NCBI RefSeq assembly: GCF_028368995.1
Contig: NZ_JAQNDL010000001.1
Location: 1,152,001 to 1,216,000 of the forward strand
Source of the DNA: Nannocystis bainbridge
Lineage (GTDB): Bacteria; Myxococcota_A; Polyangia; Nannocystales; Nannocystaceae
DNA length: 64,000 bases
Reading direction: 5' to 3'
Part shown: positions 21,178 through 30,361 of the stretch, in pieces
Position numbering within the stretch: the first letter of the stretch is position 1
Layout: the number at the start of each line of letters is the position of its first letter
Notes under the pieces: model-generated
What the model saw: the letters and a program-made list of their open reading frames with translations, nothing else
Database searches by the model: none
Told to the model about the DNA's origin: nothing
Position numbers and translations under genes: made by a program

Positions 21178-23703
21178 TCAGCTGAGGCGGGCGATCGAGG
21201 CCGGGTCGACGAAGAACATGATCTTCCACGGCTGGGAGCCGGGGTCGATCGGCTTGACGCCGTTGGCCGGCTGGCGGGCGTAGTCGCTGAAGCACATCAC
21301 CTCCTGCGCCCAGCGGGCGTCGGCCGGCATGAAGTACAGCCGGAAGGTGTAGGCGCACACCTGGCCGGGCCGGGTGGCCTGCGGGAAGTTCTCGATCGAC
21401 GCCGAGATCCCCCATCCCTCCGTGCGCTCGGAGTTCCGGCGATAGCCGCCGCCGACGCCGATCGACACCCCGGCCTCGAGGTACGACTTGAGCTCGAGCC
21501 CGGCCACGTTGACGAGGTTGTCCCAGGTGAGGGCGGCATAGAATTCGCTGTCGACGGTGGTGCCCCACTCCTGGAAGTCGAAGCTGCTCATGTCGACGCG
21601 GGTCTCGTTGACGCCGTCGTTGGTGACCGCGAACTCGAGGTAGTTGCGACCGCCGGGGCCGATCCGCAGGGCGCGCCGCTGGACCACGCGCTCGAAGTAA
21701 TTCTCGTAGTCCGCGCCGAACGGATCGTCGGCGCCGGGGTTGGCGGCCTGCCAGGCGCGGTAGGCGGCGGCCATGCGCTGGTCGACGCTCGCCGGCGCAT
21801 AGCTGGCGAGGTCGCCGGGGGTGAAGGCGTAGTTCGCGGTGTAGTTGGCCGCCAGCGCGACCATGTCCTCGGGCATGAAGGTGACCATGCTCGGGCGGGC
21901 GGGCAGGACCCCGGGGCGCTGCGGGTCTTCGAAGACGAGGGCGAGGCAGACGATCGCCAGCGCCGAGCCGGAGACATAGCCCTGGTCGCTCAGGACCGGC
22001 GGCGCGTCCTCGCTGGGGGCGCCGCTCGGCAGCACGCGGGTGAGGCCGATGACGTTGGCGACGTTGGCCTGCGCGGTCCCGCTGCGCCAGATGTGATCGT
22101 AGGCGAACTCGACCGAGAGCGAGGTCTTGATCCCGACCATCTCGGTCAGCTTCTCCAGCGTCTTCGACACCTCGACCTCGACGCCGAGCGAGAAGCCCGC
22201 CTCCGCGTCCCACTCGTCGTCGATGCCGCCGGCGATGCTGAAGCTGGTGTTGACGCCAAACGAGCCCTTGACGGTGATCTCGTGCGTCTTGGTGTCCTGC
22301 TCGGTCGTGCCGTAGGTGACGCGGCCGATCGGCTTGTAGAGGTCCCACGAGGTCACGGTGCCGCCCTGGCTCATCATCGCCAGGTTCTCGGCCGGGACCG
22401 GCAGCGGACCGTCGACGACGCCCTTCATCGCCAGCGCCTGCTGACGCGCGTCCGGGTTGGCGCGGTCGTCGACGTAGAGCTCGTTCACGGTGGTGACGAT
22501 GTGCCGCGTGCCGTAGAACTGGATGCACACCAGGACCGAGCCGCTGGCGGTGCGGTTGGTGAAGGTCATGCGATAGAGGTCGGTGGCCACGGTGTCGAGC
22601 ACCGTCGCGCCGGGGTCGGCCGAGGTGGCGAGCTGGGCCTGCCGCGGCGAACCGGCGGCGTAGACCACCTGCGGCGCGTACTTCGAGGGCACGGGGGTGC
22701 CGTCGGCCTCGACCACCGTGAGCGCGCCGACCTGATAGCTGCCGTCGGCCTGCATGAGCGGCGCTCGCTGGAGCTGCGAGGCGGTGTTGCTCGAGTAGAC
22801 GTACATCGTGTTCGACGCGTCGAGGTCGAGCATCGGCAGCAGCTCCGTGCTGGGGAGGGTCGCCGAGCCGGTGTAGGAGGTCGTGGTCGGCACGCCGGAG
22901 GTGATGTCGAGGAACCACGTGCAGAGCATGCGGGCGGAGGTCCAGTCGACGGCGACGAACACCACCGGGGCGGAGCTGTTGGTGCCCCGGCCGGTCATGC
23001 CGATCGGCGCGCCCTGGGCGTCGACGACGCACGGCAGCACGGTCCAGGCGGCGGACAGCGAGGCCTGGCCGGTGACCGCGAGCGGGAGCTCCAGGGTGTA
23101 GGAGGGGTTCGCCAGCTCGCCGGGCCACACCTGGCCGCTGCCGCTGGCGGCCGGCGCGATCGCGTCCGGCGCGAAGCTGTTGAAGTAGAGGTTGCAATCG
23201 TGATCGACGTTGCTCATCCAGCCGAGCACGATCCTGTCCTTGAAGACATATCCGGTCACGGCGTGGGCGACGCCCGTGGCGACGCTGGCCCCGGCGATCC
23301 GGAAGGCCGGCTCCCACAGGTCCTCGCCGGCCGAGCGGGTGCCCAGCAGCGCGCCCGTGGCGTCGACCCAGAACAGGTAGATCCGCGGGCCGACGGTCAA
23401 TGCGAACAGGCCCTGGGCGCCGAGGATCGGGTCGCCCGCGGGGGTCTCGCCGGCGGCGACCGCCTCGCGGTAGCCGGCCAGGCTCGGCACCGTGACCTCG
23501 ATCGGCGCGGCCCAGGCGTCGGGGTTGGTGAACGCCTCGGCGTCGACGAACGTGGCGTCGAAGGTGGTCCGCCACACGACCACGGTGGCGTCGCTGCCGC
23601 TCCGCGGGCCGCGATAGAAGTACCAGATCTTGCCCGGGAGCGCCGTCGCGGCGCCTGTCTCCAATTGAGTCGCACCCGACAATTGATAGGCTGCGTCGTA
23701 CAT
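21178..23703 (-). CDS. Hypothetical 841-aa protein: beta-propeller-like N-half, putative beta-pore-forming C-half
   Basis: GAGGAG RBS and strong codon bias. Two Ser/Thr/Gly-rich alternating amphipathic stretches. Function is inferred. Confidence 0.7.
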   Translation of the reverse strand: MYDAAYQLSGATQLETGAATALPGKIWYFYRGPRSGSDATVVVWRTTFDATFVDAEAFTNPDAWAAPIEVTVPSLAGYREAVAAGETPAGDPILGAQGLFALTVGPRIYLFWVDATGALLGTRSAGEDLWEPAFRIAGASVATGVAHAVTGYVFKDRIVLGWMSNVDHDCNLYFNSFAPDAIAPAASGSGQVWPGELANPSYTLELPLAVTGQASLSAAWTVLPCVVDAQGAPIGMTGRGTNSSAPVVFVAVDWTSARMLCTWFLDITSGVPTTTSYTGSATLPSTELLPMLDLDASNTMYVYSSNTASQLQRAPLMQADGSYQVGALTVVEADGTPVPSKYAPQVVYAAGSPRQAQLATSADPGATVLDTVATDLYRMTFTNRTASGSVLVCIQFYGTRHIVTTVNELYVDDRANPDARQQALAMKGVVDGPLPVPAENLAMMSQGGTVTSWDLYKPIGRVTYGTTEQDTKTHEITVKGSFGVNTSFSIAGGIDDEWDAEAGFSLGVEVEVSKTLEKLTEMVGIKTSLSVEFAYDHIWRSGTAQANVANVIGLTRVLPSGAPSEDAPPVLSDQGYVSGSALAIVCLALVFEDPQRPGVLPARPSMVTFMPEDMVALAANYTANYAFTPGDLASYAPASVDQRMAAAYRAWQAANPGADDPFGADYENYFERVVQRRALRIGPGGRNYLEFAVTNDGVNETRVDMSSFDFQEWGTTVDSEFYAALTWDNLVNVAGLELKSYLEAGVSIGVGGGYRRNSERTEGWGISASIENFPQATRPGQVCAYTFRLYFMPADARWAQEVMCFSDYARQPANGVKPIDPGSQPWKIMFFVDPASIARLS

Positions 23704-23811
23704 CGTCTCATCTCCTCACTGTCACGATTCACACGTCCACACCGCCGCGACGCGGCGCCGGCGAACACCGCCGGGCGCCCGCGCGGCGCGGTCACACCAT
23801 TCGATTCAGAA

Positions 23812-24825
23812 TCAGCGGATGCCGCTGTTGATCAAGCAGAACCAGGTCGCGTCGTCGATCCGGGCGTCGTCGGCGAGCCCGAGGCCGCGCTTGAACTGGC
23901 GCAGCGCGGCCTCCGTCTGCGCGCCGAAGTAGCCGTCGGGCCGCCCGGTGGTCCGCGACACCAGCCCGTCGGGCCCGAAACCGAGGGCCAGCAAGCAGCC
24001 CTGGACGCGCGCGGTGTACGGGTGGCTGGCGCCGGCGAGCGTCGAGAGGTCGACGGGGGGCGGCCAGGGTTGGGTCGGCAGGGTCGCGGCCGGCGGCGTC
24101 GCGGCGGCCAGCGCCGACAGCAATGATTCGTCGCCCATCAAGCGATCGATGTCGACATCGCCGTCGACGCCGGGGACCCGGCCGTAATAGGCGAACTCGC
24201 CGCCGCCGCTCCATTGCCAGATCGCGGCGGGCCAGGGGGCGCGCGCCGGATCGCTGGGGATCCGCGGCGGCGTCGCGGCCGGGTCGGCGCCGCGCGACGT
24301 GTAGCCGACCTGCCACAGCGGCACGCCGGCGCTGGCGAAGCGGTCGGTGTCCCCGGCCTGGTAGCGCCACACGTTGGCGCCGGTGTAGATCATCCCGCGG
24401 CGGCCGGTCTCGGCCACGAGGACGCCGAGGAAGCCGTCGATCCACTCGCTGTGATCGGCGGTGCCGCAGCTCTCGTCGTCGCAGTACTTCTCGAAGTCGA
24501 GCGCGGGCTCGAGGTAGCCGCTCGTCAGCGAGAGGCCGCACTCCGCGGCGGCCGCGGCGAGGACGCGCGAGAACTGGCCGGCCTCGTCCTCGCCGCCGCT
24601 GCGCCCGGGGTGATTGTCGGGGCGCGCGAAGTGGTAGGCGCCGGCGTAGAACGGCAGGCCCCCGGGCGGCAGCGCGGCCACGGCGGCGAGGGTGCGGCGG
24701 AATGCGCAGTCCTCGTAATCGACCCCCTCGGTCGCCTTGGCGACGCAGAAGCGGAAGCCCGCGGCGCGCACCGCCGCGACGTCGATCGGGCCCTGGTTGT
24801 GACTGACATCGATGCCCTGGATCAT
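23812..24825 (-). CDS. GH25 lysozyme with C-terminal peptidoglycan-binding domain
   Basis: GIDVSHNQG, KATEG, GAYHFARP, LDFE, IWQWS, GDVDID, then DGYFGAQTEAALRQFKRGLGL. Confidence 0.92.
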   Translation of the reverse strand: MIQGIDVSHNQGPIDVAAVRAAGFRFCVAKATEGVDYEDCAFRRTLAAVAALPPGGLPFYAGAYHFARPDNHPGRSGGEDEAGQFSRVLAAAAAECGLSLTSGYLEPALDFEKYCDDESCGTADHSEWIDGFLGVLVAETGRRGMIYTGANVWRYQAGDTDRFASAGVPLWQVGYTSRGADPAATPPRIPSDPARAPWPAAIWQWSGGGEFAYYGRVPGVDGDVDIDRLMGDESLLSALAAATPPAATLPTQPWPPPVDLSTLAGASHPYTARVQGCLLALGFGPDGLVSRTTGRPDGYFGAQTEAALRQFKRGLGLADDARIDDATWFCLINSGIR

Positions 24826-24862
24826 GGTCCCGCTCGGGGAGTCGCGGCGATCGTCGGCTTGA

Positions 24863-27629
24863 TCAGCGGCGTGGACGATTTTTTTTCGCGCCGTCACCGA
24901 CGCTCGCGCGCGCGAGGGCGACGAGCCGGGCGTCGAGCTCCGCCAGCGCCTCCGCGCCGCCGGGCCCGCGGGCCGCGGTGGCGCGGGCGTCGAGGAGCGC
25001 GGCGCGGGCCTCGTCGGGCCGCTGCAACGCCTGCAGCGCCGCGCCCTTGCCGGCGAGCACGAGGCCGAGCAGCTCGTGGTCGGGCGTGGGCGCGGCGCGG
25101 GCGATCGACTCGGCGGCGGTGAAGGCCGCGAGCGCCTCGGCGTGGCGGCCCAGGGCCAGCAGGCTCTCGCCGGTGTTGTTGGCCGTGAAGGCGCGGTGGA
25201 GGTGGCCCGCAGGCAGGATCCGCTCCTGCAGCGCCGCGGCCTCGCGGTAGGCCGCGAGCGCGGCCTCGTGGTCGCCGCGCCAGAAGGCCGATCACGCCGA
25301 GATTGAGGAGGGCCGCCGGCAGGTCTTCGTGGTCGGCCGGCAGCAGGCGGCGGAACAGCGCCAGGGCGCGGCGGCCGTGGTGCTCGGCGCGTCCGAGCGC
25401 GCCGGCCTGGACCGCCTCGTGCGCGAGCGCGGTGTGGACGCGGGCGGCCTCGAGGCTGGCGGCGCCGTGGGTCTCGCTCCAGATCGCCAGCGCCGTCGCC
25501 AGCAGGGTCCGGGCCCGCTCGCCCTCGCCCTGGCGGACCAGCAGCGTCGCCATGTCGTGGGCCACGCGGGCGTACTGCGGGTGGCGCGGGCCGTACTGCG
25601 CGGCGGCGGCGGCCAGGGCGGCCTCGAAGGTGGCGCGGGCCTCGTCCTCGCGGGCCAGCGCCTCGAGGGCGTTGGCGAGGCTCTGCTGGGCCTGGACCCG
25701 TCCCGGCTGCGGGCCCGGATGGGCGTCGAACCACGCCAGCGCGTCGCGCTGGCGGCGGGCCGCCTCGTCGTGCTGCTCGGCCCGGGCTGCCGCGACCCCG
25801 AGCGCGAAGAGCAGCGCGGCCCGGCGCGGACCCTCGTCGTCGACGCGGTCGAGCGCGGCCGCGGCCCGGCGCGCCCACAGCCGTGCGCGCTCCGGCGCCA
25901 GCTGCTGGCGGGCCGCGAGGGTCGTCAGCGCCAGCCAGCCGCTCGCGGCCAGGTCGTCCTCGCGGGCCGCCTCGGCGAGGTCGACCGCGTCGAGGAGGCT
26001 GGCCTCGGCCGGCTCGATCTCGCCCCGCTCCGCCTGCAGCTCGCCGACGGCGAGGAGCGCGTCCGCGCGCGCGGCCGGATCGGCGAGGGTCCGCGCGTGC
26101 GCCAGCGCGCCCTCGGCGAGGCCGCGCGCGCCGGCGTGGTCGCCGGTGGCCGCGTGGGCGCGCGCGACCGCGAGGGTCTGCCGCAGCGCGTCGCCCTCGT
26201 CGCGGGCCGCGGCGGCGAGGGTGCTCGCGGTCGCGCCGGCGCAGGCCGCCAGCGACGGCAGGACGGCCACCGCGGCGACCGAGCGCTCGACCGCGACGCG
26301 CTCGCCCGCGGCGAGCCGGTCGACCAGGGCCGCCACCGCGTGCGCGCTGCGCTCGAGGCAGCGCCGCCGGGCGTCGAGGAGCGCCGGGGAGTGCAGCCCG
26401 CTGGTCTCGCACAGGCCCCGCCGGGCGGTCTGCCACGCCGCCACGTAGGCGCCGAGGGCCGCGTCGACCCGGTCCCAGGCCGCCGGGGCCAGCGGCAGCC
26501 CGGAGCCGCGGAAGGCGGCCGCGAGGGCGGCCCGACGCGCCGGGTTCCACGCCTCGTCGAGGCCGCGCTCGACCGCGGCGCAGGCGTCGGGGGCGGGCGA
26601 GCGCGGCAACCAGGCCCCCGCCAGGCCGCCGAGCGCCAGCAGGACCCCCGCGAGGCCCAGGCGCCGCCGCCGTCGCCCGGGGTCGCGCTCCAGCGCGGCG
26701 CACAGCGCTTCGAGCGAGGGGTGGCGGTCCTCGGCGGCGGCGGTGCCCCGCGCGAGCTCGCGGTCGAGCCAGCGCGGGTGCGCCGGCGGGCGGCGGGGCG
26801 GCGGGGCGTCGCGGCCCGGCAGCCAGCCGTGGAGCGCCTCGAACAGCGAGACGCAGAGGCTGTAGATGTCGCTGCGGAAGTCGGGGGCGCGCCCGGCGAG
26901 CTGCTCGGGCGCGACGTAGCCGACGGTCCCGCCGCCGCCGGCGGTGGCCGACGCGCCGGCCGGGGACGGAGCGGCGTCGGCGAGCGTCGCCGTCACCGCC
27001 CGCCCGGCCGCGCGCGCCAGCCCGAAGTCGACCACGTACACGTGCTCGTCGGCGTCGACGAGCACGTTGTCGGGCTTGAAGTCGCAGTGGACCAGCCCGG
27101 CCGCGTGGGCGGCCGCCAGCCCGCGCGCCGCCGCCACGTAGAGCCGCACCGTGGCCCGCCACGGCCGCGGCGCCTCGCGCTGCCAGACGCGCAGCGTGCA
27201 GCCGCGGATCAGCGCCATCGCCAGGTAGACGTGGTCGTCGACCGCCCCGACCTCGTGGATCTGGACCACGTGCGGGTGCGAGAGCCGGGCCAGCAGGCGG
27301 GCCTCGCGGAGCAGACGGGCCTCCTCGTCAGGGCCGGAGCGGTCGGCGCGGGTCAGCTTGAGCGCCACCTCGCGGCCCAGCACCGGGTCGAACGCGGCGT
27401 ACACCTCGCCCATCCCGCCGGCGCCGAGGCGACGTCGCAGCTCGTAGCGACCGACGCGCGGCCGCACGGGCGCCTCGTCGAACAGCGCCGCGGCCACGGC
27501 CGCCTTGCCGCGCGCGTACTCGCGGTCGTGGGCCAGCGTCGGTGGGGCCAGCGCCGCGGCCAACGCCTCCGGACCTCGGTCGCTCGGCGGCGCGGAGGTC
27601 TCGCTCGGTCTCACCGCGCTCCCCGTCAC
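24863..27629 (-). CDS. Ser/Thr kinase with TM helix and TPR repeats, one frameshift near 25290
   Basis: LGAGGMGEVY, VALK, HCDFKPDN, DFGLA, YVAPEQ. TPRs continue in a shifted frame (LGVI / AFWRGDHEAALAAYREA...) to the stop at 24863. Confidence 0.88.
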
Positions 27630-28249
27630 ACGCTGGGGTCGCGCCGCTCGCGGAGCTGCTGCGCCCAGCGCTCGAGGTTCGCCTGCGTCGACGCCAGGCG
27701 CGCGGGCGCCTCGCCCAGCCGCTGCAGCGCCTCTTCAAGCAGCTCGTGGGCGCGGCGCAGGCGGCTGCGGGCCGTCGGGTGCGGCGCGCCCACGACCTCG
27801 GCGATCTCCGCGGTCGTCATCGACTCCCAGTATCGCAGCTCGAGGATGAGCTGATAGTTGAGGGGGATCCGTCGCAGCGCCTCGAGCAGCAGCCGCTGCT
27901 CCTCGGCCTCGGCGTGCAGCGTGCTGACGCCCGGCGACAGGTCCTGCAGCGTCGACTCCTCGCCGATGTCGACGGTCTCGCCGACCCGCTGCCGGCGGCG
28001 AAAGTGGTCGCGCAGGACGTTGTGGGCGATCGCGAACAGGTACGGGCGGAAGCTCGCGGCGGAGCGCAGGCGGTCGCTGCCGGCGACGCACGCGGCGAAC
28101 ACCTCCTGCACGAGATCGTCGCTGCCGTGATCGATCTTGCTGCGGAAGAAGCGGACCACCGAATCGTAGTAGCGCTCGAACAGCAGCTTGCCCGCGCCGC
28201 GATCGCCGGCCCGCCACGCCGAGAGGAGCGCACCGTCGTCCGTCGTCAA
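27626..28249 (-). CDS. ECF-type RNA polymerase sigma factor
   Basis: LLSAWRAGD, DDLVQEVF, SFRPYLFAIAHN, EIAEVVGAPHPTARSRLRRA. Stop overlaps the kinase start (GTGA). Confidence 0.92.
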   Translation of the reverse strand: MTTDDGALLSAWRAGDRGAGKLLFERYYDSVVRFFRSKIDHGSDDLVQEVFAACVAGSDRLRSAASFRPYLFAIAHNVLRDHFRRRQRVGETVDIGEESTLQDLSPGVSTLHAEAEEQRLLLEALRRIPLNYQLILELRYWESMTTAEIAEVVGAPHPTARSRLRRAHELLEEALQRLGEAPARLASTQANLERWAQQLRERRDPSV

Positions 28250-28395
28250 GCAATGGCCTGGGTAACACGCGCCGCGACGCCGCGGCAAGCGACGTCGGCG
28301 TCGGGGCAGGACCGCGCCGCGCTCGCGCGGTCCTGCCCCGGGCCACCGATGCCGACCCTGCCTGCGGACTGCGGTTTCTGCATACACTGCCGCCG

Positions 28396-28800
28396 ATGTC
28401 CCTCTACGATTCGTATGTCCCGGTATCGATGCAGGTCCAGCGCGACGGCGCGAGCTACGCGCTCCACCTGCTCTCGAGCGCGACGGGCGGGAGCCCGCCG
28501 CTGACCGCCGCCGACAGCGTGCGCGCGACGACGACCGACCCCGCAGTCGGCGTCAGCGTCAGTCCGGGCGACCCCACGGTCACGATCGACAGCGTCGTCA
28601 CGACCTCCGTCCGCGACGCGCCGGCGAGCAGCCCGTGGGTCGACACCGACGGCACGTTCACCGCCGAGCTGCCCGCGCCGGTCGAAGAGAATACGCAATG
28701 GATGTGGGACCTGGTCGTGACGGCCACGGTGGGCCCGCCCGAAGACCGCTACGTCGTCCGGCTCGACCCGAAGATGATCGTGCGCAAGACCCATGCCTAG
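28396..28800 (+). CDS. Small beta-rich hypothetical protein with C-terminal DPxxIV motif
   Basis: 134 aa, divergent from the ECF gene, ends YVVRLDPKMIVRK. Confidence 0.65.
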   Translation: MSLYDSYVPVSMQVQRDGASYALHLLSSATGGSPPLTAADSVRATTTDPAVGVSVSPGDPTVTIDSVVTTSVRDAPASSPWVDTDGTFTAELPAPVEENTQWMWDLVVTATVGPPEDRYVVRLDPKMIVRKTHA

Positions 28801-29177
28801 AGCGACTTAGGACCTGTCCTTAATAACACATTCTGGCGCTCGAGGCCGCACCCGGCGGACCGGGCCCGGAGACGGTCGCGCGTCGTTCGCTCCGACGGCG
28901 CTTGAAGCGGCGCGCCGCTTCATCGTCCTGTCGCAGGGCTCCGCGCCGGAGCCGATGACTGCCAGCCCGCACGCGCGAGAGCCTGCTGAGCGAGCTGTCG
29001 CGCAGCGTTACCGAGGACACCCTCGCTGGCGTGCCCGAGCTCGCGGTCGTGCAAGGCGTGTGCGACCGGCTGGTCGCCGGCGAGGGCGCGCCCCCTCGGC
29101 GGGCGTTCACGTGTGTGCGGTATCCGCTCGGCGACGACTTCGAGGACGCAACGTCTGCACGAGCCGCGCCAGCGCGC

Positions 29178-29414
29178 TCACGCGTAGGAAATTTCGAGGA
29201 CCGTGTAGATGCGTGCGCCGGCCGGCATCATCACCTTCACCTCGTCGCCAACCCCATGGCCGATCAGCGCGCGCGCCAGGGGCGAGGCCACAGAGATCGT
29301 GCCGTGCTTGATGTCGGCCTCGTCGGGACCGACGATCTGGACGGTCTGTTCCTCACCAGTGTCGTTATTGCTGAGCTTCACCGTTGCGCCGAACTCGATC
29401 TTACTCCCGGACAT
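29178..29414 (-). pseudogene. greA: GreA/GreB C-terminal domain fragment
   Basis: IEFGATVKL...QIVGPDEADIKHGTISVASPLARALIGHGVGDEV. In-frame stop just upstream; no N-terminal coiled coil. Confidence 0.8.
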
Positions 29415-29728
29415 GAGCCAGCCTTAGCAGGCTTCGAGCGTCGCCTCAACCCGCCAGCGCTCGCTCTCGGGCGTCGTGCTCCTGGATCTCGCGCCGCTTC
29501 TGCGGGGCGGCGTCGCGCTCGGCCCCGACGTGATCACTCGGGCCGTCCGTCGAGGTCAAAGAACAGACCCGGTGGGACGGCGGGGCGATCGACGCGGCTC
29601 TCCTTTCGTCGGCAGGCGAGATCATATCGAACGGCCGGACCGCGGGGCGGTGGGCACAGCTTCGGGCCCTGCGGCGAGCGTGACCGCGGTACGACCGACC
29701 GCGGCTGAGCGGACGGAATTGCGAGACA

Positions 29729-29766
29729 GGGCGAGTGCGGGCGGAAGCCGGCACTCGCCCTTTTTT
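29729..29766 (+). terminator. Intrinsic terminator-like hairpin
   Basis: gggcgagtgcgggc-ggaa-gccggcactcgccc followed by T6. Confidence 0.7.
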
Positions 29767-30361
29767 CGTCGCTATAGAGCGCATAGCGATCGTGCACACG
29801 GGCGAGCTCGGCCCGCTCGTCCGTCGTCAGCGGTCCTCCCGAGGCCGGGCTTTGTCCCGCGAGCTTGTTGAACGACCATGATACGAGCCGACCTGGTGCA
29901 GATCGGCGGCCGCATCGAGGATGGTCGGCAAGTTCGGCCGCCGACAGCGATCCATTGGTGTCGACGTCGGCCTGGGCGCGGAGGCGGCGGCGCTCGGGCG
30001 CCGATACGCGGCGACGCGGCGTGGACGCGGCGATAGTGGTAGGCGCTTCACTCCGAGCACCGCGGCGCGCGCACCCTAGTTCCTGGTCCTCGCTTCGGTC
30101 GTCGGCGACTGCACCGCCAACACCGCCACCTTGCCCTCGTCGACCGCCACGACGAGCAGCATGGGCACGACGGCGAGCCCAACCGGCACCCGTACTGTCC
30201 ATTCAGTCCTGACCACCTTCGGCTCCCGCCGTCACGCTCCCGTCACGCCACCCCGCGTATAGCCACTTTCGCAACGCAAGCATCGCATTGCAATCCCGGA
30301 AAACTCTGACAGATGGCCGGGCATGTCAAACACATGTCCAAAACGAACACGAGAACACGTC

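Noticed and set aside
23812-27162. 1116-aa ORF seeming to fuse a long N-terminus to GH25
   Set aside because: The N-terminal part is Arg/Pro/Gly-rich off-frame read-through of the kinase gene; the real GH25 starts at 24825.
29827-30060. EF-hand-like string ADVDTNGSLSAAEL on the minus strand
   Set aside because: Isolated degenerate fragment with no supportable gene boundaries.
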